The translations under genes and the position numbers were made by a program. Shown here piece after piece: positions 16,026-23,698 of a DNA stretch of 32,000 bases (position 1 is its first letter; every line of letters starts with the position of its first letter). The notes under the pieces are model-generated. The model saw only the letters and a list, made by a program, of their open reading frames with translations, ran no database searches and was not told the origin of the DNA. The stretch is taken from positions 990,001 to 1,022,000 of the forward strand of contig NZ_JAGIOS010000003.1 of assembly GCF_017876815.1 (NCBI RefSeq). The letters are read 5' to 3'. This DNA is from Sinorhizobium meliloti. GTDB lineage: Bacteria; Pseudomonadota; Alphaproteobacteria; Rhizobiales; Rhizobiaceae.

Positions 16026-17602
16026 GCGCTTACCCTCGCAGCCGCATCGGTCATGGCTGCGCCCACCGACGCGATATCGAAGGGCGCGTGGAATTCACCG
16101 TTCACACGTCCCGACAGCATCACCACCACACGGTCGGAGATGTCGAACAGCTCGTCGAGATCAGACGAAATCAAAAGGATGGCGGCGCCGCGATCGCGTG
16201 CCTGCCGGAGCGCCTGCCACACGAAGGCGGTGGCACCGATGTCGAGACCACGCGTCGGCTGAGCCGCGATGATCAGCCTGGCATCGCGATCGACCTCGCG
16301 CGCAAGGATCACCTTCTGGGCATTACCGCCCGACAAGGACCCCGCCTTCTGAGCTGAATTGTGGTAGTGAACGCTCCATTCCCTAAGCGACCGGTCGCAG
16401 GCTTCGCGCACCGCCGAGGGGCGGATCACCTTGAGCAGGCTCCCCTGCAGCAACTCCCTTGCGCTCCAGTTCTGCCAGAGCGAACTCGTGAGGCTGAGAC
16501 CTTCGACGTTGCGCTCGAAGGGAATGATCCTGAGCCCAATCGCGCGACGGGCGGCGAGCGGTTTGCCGGTCACGTCATGGCCTGCAAGCACGATCGATCC
16601 GCCGGCAAGATCGGCAAGGGCGGAAATGGCGCGCACCAGCGTCTTTTGTCCGTTGCCCTCCACGCCTGCTATACCAACGATCTCGCCTGGGCGAATGTCC
16701 AAATCGACGCCATCGAGTGTGATGCCCTCACTGTCGGGCCGCGTGGAGACGGCCTTCAAGGATAGCACGCTCGGACCTTTTGCATTTTTTGGATGACCTG
16801 CGCCCTCGCCTGAGGGCGGTTTCGTTCCGACCAGCGCGTCGCGCTCATGCCGATCAAGAGTCTTGGCAGCCGCTTCACCGACGATCAGGTTGGCGAGCCT
16901 CTCGGCCGAAACCTCGGCTATCGGAAGCGGCCCCTCGACCTTTCGGCCGCCGCGCAACACCGTTACCGTGTCAGCGATGCCGAGCACCTCACGGATCTTG
17001 TGCAGGATCAGGATGACGGTAACGCCACGTTCCCTGAGGCGGCGGACACGAGCAAACAGCATGTTTATGCCGGAGGGCGAGAGCACCGCGGTCGGCTCGT
17101 CGAGGATGAGCACGCGCGCATCCATCACGAGCGCCCTTGCGATCTCGATGCCCTGTTGGGTCTCGATCGGCAGGTCGCGGATCCGCCGGTTTAGGTCAAC
17201 TTGGACGTCGAGGTCGGCGATATGCCCCCGCCATCTTTTGGCGAGCCCCTTGCGGCTGTAAATACCACCTTTGCCAGTGGCGCCGAACTCCATGATTTCC
17301 GCGACCGTGAAGGATGGCGGCAGGGCGAAACTCTGATGAACCAGCTCCACACCCGCCGTTCGGCTCACGCTGACCTGGCCGGTGCGAATTTCGTGGCCCA
17401 TCACGTCGACGGCACCGGCAGTCGGTTGAACGAGCCCCGCAGCGACGCGGGCGAAGGTTGTCTTGCCGGCGCCGTTCTGGCCCACGACCGCGTGGATCTG
17501 GCCGGGAACAAACGAAACGGCAACGCCCGACAGTGCAGTCACGTCTCCGAATTTCACGGTGACATCCCGGCACTCCAGCGCAGGCTTCAGAAGGTTGCAC
17601 AT
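16022..17602 (-). CDS. ABC transporter ATP-binding protein with two fused nucleotide-binding domains
   Basis: First NBD: GQNGAGKTT ... LILDEPTAVL. Second NBD: GVEGNGQKT ... LSGGNAQKVILARE ... IAAQPTRGLD. The start is uncertain between 17602 (MCNLLKP...) and 17632. Confidence 0.9.
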   Translation of the reverse strand: MCNLLKPALECRDVTVKFGDVTALSGVAVSFVPGQIHAVVGQNGAGKTTFARVAAGLVQPTAGAVDVMGHEIRTGQVSVSRTAGVELVHQSFALPPSFTVAEIMEFGATGKGGIYSRKGLAKRWRGHIADLDVQVDLNRRIRDLPIETQQGIEIARALVMDARVLILDEPTAVLSPSGINMLFARVRRLRERGVTVILILHKIREVLGIADTVTVLRGGRKVEGPLPIAEVSAERLANLIVGEAAAKTLDRHERDALVGTKPPSGEGAGHPKNAKGPSVLSLKAVSTRPDSEGITLDGVDLDIRPGEIVGIAGVEGNGQKTLVRAISALADLAGGSIVLAGHDVTGKPLAARRAIGLRIIPFERNVEGLSLTSSLWQNWSARELLQGSLLKVIRPSAVREACDRSLREWSVHYHNSAQKAGSLSGGNAQKVILAREVDRDARLIIAAQPTRGLDIGATAFVWQALRQARDRGAAILLISSDLDELFDISDRVVVMLSGRVNGEFHAPFDIASVGAAMTDAAARVSA

Positions 17603-17672
17603 CAAAAGTTCCCATCGAGAGCGAAGGCTCACGGACCGTCAACAGGAAGGAAGACGATCCGCGAACGTCCGG

Positions 17673-17697
17673 CGGCCCTCCCCGAAGGCAAAGGCCG
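17673..17697 (-). other. Intercistronic stem-loop between the SBP and ATPase genes
   Basis: On the minus sense, CGGCCTTTGCC-TTCG-GGGAGGGCCG forms a stem of about 10 bp (one mismatch, G-U pairs) closed by a UUCG tetraloop. It lies in the 149-nt gap after the SBP stop. Confidence 0.3.
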
Positions 17698-17751
17698 ATA
17701 CCGGTTTTCCGTCAAGGCTCCGGGGGCCGACCCTGCGGCCGGCGCCGGAGC

Positions 17752-18804
17752 TCAGAGCGTGGTGTTGAACGGAACCTTGATGGAGCCATCAAGAATACCG
17801 GCACGCGCCTTTTCGACCTCGACCAGCGCTTCCTTCGCCCTGGCGTTCAGCTCAGGCGGCCCCTGTTCGGCGAAGACGGGCGAGGGAATGAAGTCGATGA
17901 CGCCGGTCCCAAGGCCCGTATGCTCGTGCGTGCCGCCCTTCCATTCAGGACCGACGGCCTTCGTTGCCTCGTTGTAGAGCGAGACGCCGAAATCGAGGCC
18001 GACGATGGAGATGAGCGACTTCGGACCGAGTGCGTACTGTCCTGGCGCAAGACAGCTCACCATGCGGCCTTCCTTTTCGTTGGCTGCGGCGATAATGCCG
18101 CCGTCGGTGGCGGCTGCGTCCGTCTGAATGTAGTCGATGCCGTCATTGTACATCTGGGCGGCGATTTCCTGGCCCTTTGCAGGATCCTGGAACGAGCCGG
18201 CAAAGGCGGCGATGACGCTGGCGTCCGGCTTGATCGAGTGGACGCCGGCTTTGAATGCGTTGAAATCGGCGTTGAGCGGCGGGATCGAAACACCTCCGAT
18301 GAAGCCGGTCTTGCCCGTCGTTGTCATCTTGGCCGCAAAGACGCCAGAGAGATAGCAGCCGAGATAGTAGTCGTAGGACACCGTCACCACGTTCGGGATC
18401 GCCGGCTCGAAGGGGTCGGCGAACAGCTGGATCCATTTGGTACCGGGATAGGACGGCGCCAGCGCCTTGAAGGGCTCGGCCACTTCGTTGAAGGTGGAGA
18501 TGATGATCGCAGCACCTGCGTCACCGAGCGTGCGGTAGATGGTCTCGTAGGTCGCGGGGTCCTGCGCGTAGATGGCACGGTGCTCAAACCCCTTCTCTTC
18601 CGACAGCTGCTTGAGCTTGGCGATCATCTGATCGACCGGGCCGTTGTCGCCGGCGGCCTGCGTGTGGACCAGTGCGACCAGCCCACCGGACGCCCTGGCA
18701 AATTCGGGCACAATGCTGGCGGCAAGACCGAGCGCAGCGGCGCCCGCGCTCGCCTGTAGGAATGTGCGACGGTGCATTATGTGTTGTGAAGCCTTGTCAG
18801 TCAT
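17752..18804 (-). CDS. BMP-family (PnrA/Med-like, nucleoside-type) ABC transporter substrate-binding protein with Tat signal
   Basis: MTDKASQHIMHRRTFLQASAGAAALGLAASIVPEFARA carries the twin-arginine motif. The BMP-type body follows (...GFIGGVSIPPLNADFNAFKAGV...). AGAGGGA lies 6 nt upstream of the ATG at 18804. Confidence 0.9.
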   Translation of the reverse strand: MTDKASQHIMHRRTFLQASAGAAALGLAASIVPEFARASGGLVALVHTQAAGDNGPVDQMIAKLKQLSEEKGFEHRAIYAQDPATYETIYRTLGDAGAAIIISTFNEVAEPFKALAPSYPGTKWIQLFADPFEPAIPNVVTVSYDYYLGCYLSGVFAAKMTTTGKTGFIGGVSIPPLNADFNAFKAGVHSIKPDASVIAAFAGSFQDPAKGQEIAAQMYNDGIDYIQTDAAATDGGIIAAANEKEGRMVSCLAPGQYALGPKSLISIVGLDFGVSLYNEATKAVGPEWKGGTHEHTGLGTGVIDFIPSPVFAEQGPPELNARAKEALVEVEKARAGILDGSIKVPFNTTL

Positions 18805-18883
18805 GATCGTTCCCTCTTTTGTTAATTGTCTTGTGTCATGCGCATTCCGACACGCGGGCAATGGCGACACGTGCCTGGTCGTC

Positions 18884-19204
18884 TCAAAGCGGCGGCGAAT
18901 AGGATGCAGGGTTCATGATCATCACCTCCTGCTTCTGGATCGCATCGAGCGCCCAGACCTCGGAGATGAATTTTTTCCAATCCGGATCGGCGTACATGGC
19001 CGAGCGGCGCGCCTCGCGATCCGCAAGGCTGTCGTAGGCCCACAGGAGAACGGTGGTGTGAAGCGTGCCGAGCTCCGAAACGTAGAGGCCGACGAATTTG
19101 TTGAGATGACGTTTCTGCACCGGGAGACCGTCAGCCTCGTATTTCTTCATCCACTTGTCGACCGTGCCGGGCTTGAACGTATAGGTGCGGTGTTCGAGGA
19201 TCAT
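18884..19204 (-). CDS. NIPSNAP family protein
   Basis: 106 aa. MILEHRTYTFKPGTVDKWMKKYEADGLPVQKRHL...LHTTVLLWAYDSLADREARRSAMYADPDW is typical of NIPSNAP. An AAGGGAG RBS is present. Confidence 0.8.
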   Translation of the reverse strand: MILEHRTYTFKPGTVDKWMKKYEADGLPVQKRHLNKFVGLYVSELGTLHTTVLLWAYDSLADREARRSAMYADPDWKKFISEVWALDAIQKQEVMIMNPASYSPPL

Positions 19205-19216
19205 CGGATCACTCCC

Positions 19217-20842
19217 TTAGCTGTTCAGGATCAATTCGGCGCATTTCTCGCCGATCATGATGGCGGGCGCGTTGGTGTTGCCGCTCGAGATGATCGGCAT
19301 GATCGAGGCGTCGGCGACACGCAGACCCGCGATGCCATGGACCTTGAGCTGCGCATCCACCACCGCCATGGGATCGTTACCCATCTTGGCGGTGCCAACA
19401 GGGTGGAACGTCGTCATGGCCGTGGCCCGTAGCCAGCGGGTCAACCCAGCGTCGTCGTTTGCTTCCGGCCCGGGCGCCAGCTCCTTGCCGCGATAGCGGT
19501 CGAAAGCCCTCTGGCCGACGATGTCGCGCGTCAGCCGGATGCCGTCAATCATCGTGCGGACGTCAAAATCGGACTGGAGGTAGTTCGCCTGGATCTTCGG
19601 TTTGTCGGTGGGGTTCGCCGACCGTAGCGTGATCTCGCCGCGGCTCGCCGGATTGACGGGTCCGACCCGGATAGTGAAGCCGTGATCTGCCTCGACCGCC
19701 CGCTTCTTGGCGAAGGGATTGGGGAAATGCAGGTTGGCGGTCTTTTCCAGCGCCGGCATGAAATGCAGCTGGATGTCGGGCGAGACGAGGCCGTCGTTCG
19801 AGCGAATGAAGGCACCCGCCTCGTAGGGAAACGTCGTTGTGATACCCTCGCCGAACAGCATCCCTTGCGCGACAGCAGGAATGAGCTTGTCGGCGCGCAG
19901 GTCGCCGAACAGCGTGACCGGCTCGCGGCATTCCCAGCTCATGACGCAGTCGACGTGATCCTGGAGGTTCTTGCCGACACCGGGAAGATCGAGCGTCGGC
20001 TTGATGCCGAGGGCACTCAGTTCGTCTGCCGGCCCGATGCCGGAAAGCAACAGCGCCTTGGGCGAGTTGACCACGCCGGCGGACAGGATGACTTCGCGAC
20101 CTGCACGCGCGAGGCCGGGCCTGCCGTCCTTCAAATATTCGACACCGCAGGCCCGGCCGCCCTCGATGAGGACACGCGTCGTTTCAGCGCCCGTCAGTAC
20201 GGTAAGGTTCTTTCGGCCGAGCGCCGGGCGCAGGAAGGCCCAGGATGTGGACCAGCGCTTGCCCTTGCGGATGGTAAAATCGTATCGGCCAAACCCTTCC
20301 TGGGTCACACCGTTGAAGTCGTCGTTCTGAGGATAGCCGGCCTGCAGTCCTGCCTCGCAGAACACGTCCATCAACGGATTGTGGCCACGGGCACGGCAGA
20401 CAGTGAGCTCGCCGTCCACATTGTGAAATTCCCCATTGCGCTGGATATGCGCTTCCGAGCGGCGAAATGCCGGCAGGACTTCGTCATAGGACCAGCCGGG
20501 CAGGCCGAGCTGCGCCCAGCGGTCGTAGTCGTGGCGATTGCCACGCACGTAGATCATGCCGTTGATCGTGGAGGTTCCGCCCAGCACCTTGCCGCGCGGC
20601 CAGTAGAGGGACCGGCCGTTGAGATAGGGCTCGGGTTCCGTGTGATAGTGCCAGTTGTAGATGCCCGAATGGAAAAGCTTGCCCATTAGCATTGGCAACC
20701 GAAAGAGCGGATTTTGGTCCTTGCAGCCAGCCTCGATGAGCAACACGCGGTTCGCAGGGTCCATCGACAGACGGTTCGCGAGAACGCAGCCGGCCGAACC
20801 CGCGCCGACGATGATGAAATCATATTCCGGGGTAGACGCCAT
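19217..20842 (-). CDS. GMC-family FAD-dependent oxidoreductase (choline-dehydrogenase-like)
   Basis: YDFIIVGAGSAGCVLANRLS...RVLLIEAG is the FAD GxGxxG motif. Contains GKVLGGTSTINGMIYVRG and the C-terminal ...HPVGTAKMG...VVDAQLKVHGIAGLRVADASIMP. Confidence 0.9.
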   Translation of the reverse strand: MASTPEYDFIIVGAGSAGCVLANRLSMDPANRVLLIEAGCKDQNPLFRLPMLMGKLFHSGIYNWHYHTEPEPYLNGRSLYWPRGKVLGGTSTINGMIYVRGNRHDYDRWAQLGLPGWSYDEVLPAFRRSEAHIQRNGEFHNVDGELTVCRARGHNPLMDVFCEAGLQAGYPQNDDFNGVTQEGFGRYDFTIRKGKRWSTSWAFLRPALGRKNLTVLTGAETTRVLIEGGRACGVEYLKDGRPGLARAGREVILSAGVVNSPKALLLSGIGPADELSALGIKPTLDLPGVGKNLQDHVDCVMSWECREPVTLFGDLRADKLIPAVAQGMLFGEGITTTFPYEAGAFIRSNDGLVSPDIQLHFMPALEKTANLHFPNPFAKKRAVEADHGFTIRVGPVNPASRGEITLRSANPTDKPKIQANYLQSDFDVRTMIDGIRLTRDIVGQRAFDRYRGKELAPGPEANDDAGLTRWLRATAMTTFHPVGTAKMGNDPMAVVDAQLKVHGIAGLRVADASIMPIISSGNTNAPAIMIGEKCAELILNS

Positions 20843-20845
20843 GGT

Positions 20846-21697
20846 TCACCATGCGATGGGCCGGCCGCCCATCGCCTCCAGATAGGAATTGCAGAGAAGG
20901 AAAGGATTTTCCCGGCCGAGCACCTTGTCGGCGAAGGCGGGATGCTCGCGCTGGACATAGCCGACATGGCCCGCATGCCCCTCGCGAATGCTTGCTTCCG
21001 CAAGAATGTCCGCAGCCGCCGCGCCGAATCCGAGGAACACGACCGGCTCACCCCGCGCCACCAGCATATCGATCACACGCAGCATCAAGGGTCGCCAGAA
21101 AGGAAGGTGCCCGCGCGACTGATGCGGATCGATATCGACCCGGAAGCGCGAGAGCGTCAGCGACGCGTTGAGCAGCAGCACGCCCTCGCCCACCCAGCGG
21201 CCGGCAATCACTCCGGGTGCCTCGAACGGGCCGGCGGGGTCGCACAAGAGACGTCGCACGTCGGGCCAGCGGTCGAAGCTTTGCGCCAGACTCTCATCGC
21301 CGAGACGCGCGGCCGCAATGAGCTGCATATAGGCACGGATGCTCTTGGAGAACATCTTGTCCAGCTCGTTCCACGCGGCCAGGTTGCCGGCCTCGAAGGC
21401 GCGACCTGTTGCCAGACCCGGTTCCGGATAGGGATCCTGGCCAAGGATCATGCAATGGACGCCGTTCGGCGCGATGCCGTCGAAGGCGGCGAGGACATGG
21501 GCACCCCGGGGCTGGCCGGGAAAGGTCTTGCCGCGGCGTGCGGGAAATATCGGCTCCCAGGCCTCCAGATCGAGCCCGGCATCGATGCGGTCGAAATCCT
21601 CTTCGACGGGTCCGAGCGCATCCCGCCAGGCATGCGGCAGGTCGGCTTGCCAGCCGGCGAGCGTTTCTGCCATCGCCTCTCTCAGTCGTGCCGGCAT
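20846..21697 (-). CDS. Uracil-DNA glycosylase superfamily protein, family-1 (UNG)-like, first gene of the operon
   Basis: 283 aa from the ATG at 21697 (GGGGAG upstream). Contains ...PIFPARR...AFDGIAPNGVHCMILGQDPYPEPGLATGRAFE...GVLLLNASLTL...REHPAFAD. By eye these align with the UNG motifs GQDPYH, HGLxFS, LLLNxxLTV and HPSPLS. The track's 146-aa N-terminal extension crosses the AT-rich intergenic region and is spurious. Confidence 0.75.
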   Translation of the reverse strand: MPARLREAMAETLAGWQADLPHAWRDALGPVEEDFDRIDAGLDLEAWEPIFPARRGKTFPGQPRGAHVLAAFDGIAPNGVHCMILGQDPYPEPGLATGRAFEAGNLAAWNELDKMFSKSIRAYMQLIAAARLGDESLAQSFDRWPDVRRLLCDPAGPFEAPGVIAGRWVGEGVLLLNASLTLSRFRVDIDPHQSRGHLPFWRPLMLRVIDMLVARGEPVVFLGFGAAAADILAEASIREGHAGHVGYVQREHPAFADKVLGRENPFLLCNSYLEAMGGRPIAW

Positions 21698-21740
21698 CAC
21701 GCCGCTCCCCTGCGTTCGTTGAAATGAGACTAGACAAAAG

Positions 21741-21811
21741 CTGACCAAAGTGTCAACTTTTAAAAGGAAAAAAATGACGAATGGGTCAGTTTTTTTTGAC
21801 CAGATCGTCGG
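21741..21811. promoter_or_regulatory. Three RutR-box-like imperfect palindromes in the divergent promoter region
   Basis: CTGACCAAAGTGTCAA (21741-21756), ATGACGAATGGGTCAG (21774-21789) and TTGACCAGATCGTCGG (21796-21811) resemble the E. coli RutR consensus TTGACCAnnTGGTCAA. They lie in the AT-rich 231-bp gap between the divergent starts at 21697 and 21929. Confidence 0.4.
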
Positions 21812-21928
21812 TTTTTTGAATAGTGGCGCGCTTGCATTTCGCCGTAAAACGCGGCAATTGCGGAAACGACCTCGCCGCCACGCATGATTGCCTGGTAGGA
21901 AGCGGCGACGTGAGAGGGACGAGATCGC

Positions 21929-22570
21929 ATGGCAACGGCAGCACGGGATCCAGAGGAGCGCATCCGCGAACGCAACATGCGCCTCATCATCAAAACTGGG
22001 ATCGAGATATTCGCGCGCAAGGGCTTTGATGGTACGCGGATCGCCGAGATCGCCGAGGCCTCGGGCCTGCCCAAGGCCAACGTCTATTACTATTTCTCTT
22101 CTAAGGAGGAGATCTACAGGGCCATCATTGCGCACCTCATTACCAGCTGGGACGAGGCGCTAAAATATATTTCGCCCGAGCGTGAGCCGGCGGAGGCCTT
22201 CCGGCTCTACATCAAGGCAAAGCTCGACTACACGCGCAAGAACATCGCCGAGTCCCGGCTCTTCGCCAGTGAGATCATTCAGGGAGCGCGGTTCCTGAAG
22301 AAGAAGGATCGCGACCATATGCGCCAGGTCACGGATGCGCATGTGGCGGTCGTGGAGGGTTGGATTGCGGCCGGAAAGTTGCTGCCGGTTGATCCGCGCC
22401 ACCTGTTCATCATGCTGTGGGCTTCAACGCAGTTTTACGCGGATTTTGAGCCCATCGCCGCCGACGGGCTAAGGAAGGCGCGTTTGAAAGCGGAGGATTA
22501 TGAAGCAGCCGCAACGACAATTACGGAGACGATCCTGAAAGGCATTCTACCCGGCCCGGTGCACAGTTGA
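21929..22570 (+). CDS. TetR-family transcriptional regulator, RutR-like
   Basis: N-terminal HTH: FARKGFDGTRIAEIAEASGLPKANVYYYFSSKEEIY. C-terminal ...GWIAAGKLLPVDPRHLFIMLWASTQFYADFEP closely resembles the RutR ligand-domain segment, by eye and from memory. Confidence 0.8.
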   Translation: MATAARDPEERIRERNMRLIIKTGIEIFARKGFDGTRIAEIAEASGLPKANVYYYFSSKEEIYRAIIAHLITSWDEALKYISPEREPAEAFRLYIKAKLDYTRKNIAESRLFASEIIQGARFLKKKDRDHMRQVTDAHVAVVEGWIAAGKLLPVDPRHLFIMLWASTQFYADFEPIAADGLRKARLKAEDYEAAATTITETILKGILPGPVHS

Positions 22571-22921
22571 ATCGATGCCGGACAGAGTCGCCTCTTGGGA
22601 CCCTCTGGCCGAACGCGCCTACCGACGTGATGGACTTGATGGACTTGATGCGATTCGATCGGCCCTTCTCTTCATTCACCCCCGTCTTTCGAGAAGCGCG
22701 AATTAGCCTTGAGGAAACGGTGGGACGAAACGTTGTTGGTGGATCGCAAGGGCGGTCGACCGGGACGGGCATCGGGGTGCTTGACGACAAACGGCAAGAG
22801 TCCATCCGCAAGACCATCATCAGATACTACCTAAAGTGTAATCGACCGACACTTTCGCTGTGTTGGTCCGGGATGTGCAAACGAACTGCATGTCGGCCGG
22901 GCTTAACGCCCCCGTCCAATT

Positions 22922-22937
22922 GATACCTTATGCGATC
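22922..22937 (+). repeat. 16-bp recurring motif, copy C (GATACCTTATGCGATC)
   Basis: 15/16 identical to copies A and B. It lies at the outer boundary of the IS110-family remnant's 3' non-coding region. Confidence 0.6.
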
Positions 22938-23556
22938 TTCTGTAACGGGCTTTGCGTCAATCCCTTGTGCGCTTAATCCGTCGCCGAGGGCTTGCTTCTG
23001 TCCGCAGTCGGAGCTTTGCCGCTGCTCTATGGTGTCTGCTGAGGACCGGTTGGCCAATCTTAGAAGCGCAGTCACCGCGTGCTGCTGATCGCATAGCGGC
23101 CTAACCCATCCATCGTCCCGGCGAAGGGACCTTGCTGCGGAGGGCTGATGGCTGTGCCCGTCCGAAAGCCTGTCTCGTCGTCTCCTCCGATCAAGCCGCC
23201 AGGGCTGGCGCTCCCTTATGAGCAATGAAGTTCTATCCCTGAGTATGCAATGCAACACCACCGCCAGCTTGCGGGCCAGCGCCACGCGCGCCTTTTTGGG
23301 GCCGGCACGTCTTGCGACCGCCAACGCCCAACCCTTCAGATCGGAGCCTTTGACCGGTCGCGTCAGGATTGACATTGGCCGCCTCGTAGAGCGCGGTTCG
23401 CACGCTGCCATCGCCGATCTTCGAGATGCGACCGCTATGATCGGTCTCGCCCGACTGACACTTCTTCGGCGTCAATCCGAAGTGCGGCCCCACCGCGCGC
23501 GAGGAGCGGAATCGCTCCGGCGCATCGACGGCCGCCACAAACGTCAGCGCCACCAG
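22938..23556 (-). pseudogene. IS110-family transposase remnant: C-terminal half only, frameshifted, plus about 280 nt of 3' non-coding DNA
   Basis: LVALTFVAAVDAPERFRSSRAVGPHFGLTPKKCQSGETDHSGRISKIGDGSVRTALYEAANV continues after a frameshift near 23375 as ILTRPVKGSDLKGWALAVARRAGPKKARVALARKLAVVLHCIL. This is the conserved IS110 C-terminal domain. The N-terminal DEDD domain is absent. Confidence 0.7.
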
Positions 23557-23557
23557 G

Positions 23558-23698
23558 AGCAACGGCCAGGGGGAAGGCGAAATCAACCGCCTGAAGGCAA
23601 TCAAGCGTGCAATCTATGGCAGAGCTGGCCCGGAGCTGCTCAGGGCACGCGTGCTGCCGCTTGACCAAAATCGCCACCACACAAAGTGAGGAAGACCC
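23558..23698 (+). pseudogene. ISL3-family element 3' end (last ~43 codons of the transposase plus terminal repeat)
   Basis: SNGQGEGEINRLKAIKRAIYGRAGPELLRARVLPLDQNRHHTK* matches the conserved ISL3 C-terminus (SNGxxEGxINRLKxxKRxxYG). It is followed by GAGGAAGACCC, which resembles ISL3 ends (GGxTCTTCC in reverse complement). It abuts the IS110 fragment at about 23557. Confidence 0.5.

Noticed and set aside
20846-22135. Very long N-terminal extensions in track ORFs: 20846..22135, 11205..12965, 14098..15420, 28123..30069, 29490..31250, 24976..26364, 6433..7362, 10334..11014.
   Set aside because: The extensions overlap the upstream gene out of frame or cross AT-rich intergenic DNA, and they have junk composition. 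Internal starts with an RBS and/or ATGA coupling give proteins of family-typical length.
22629-22655. Short tandem repeat GATGGACTT GATGGACTT GATGCGATT (9-bp unit, about 3 copies).
   Set aside because: It is too short and imperfect for a functional call. It lies in unassigned scar DNA and has no partner repeats elsewhere in the window.
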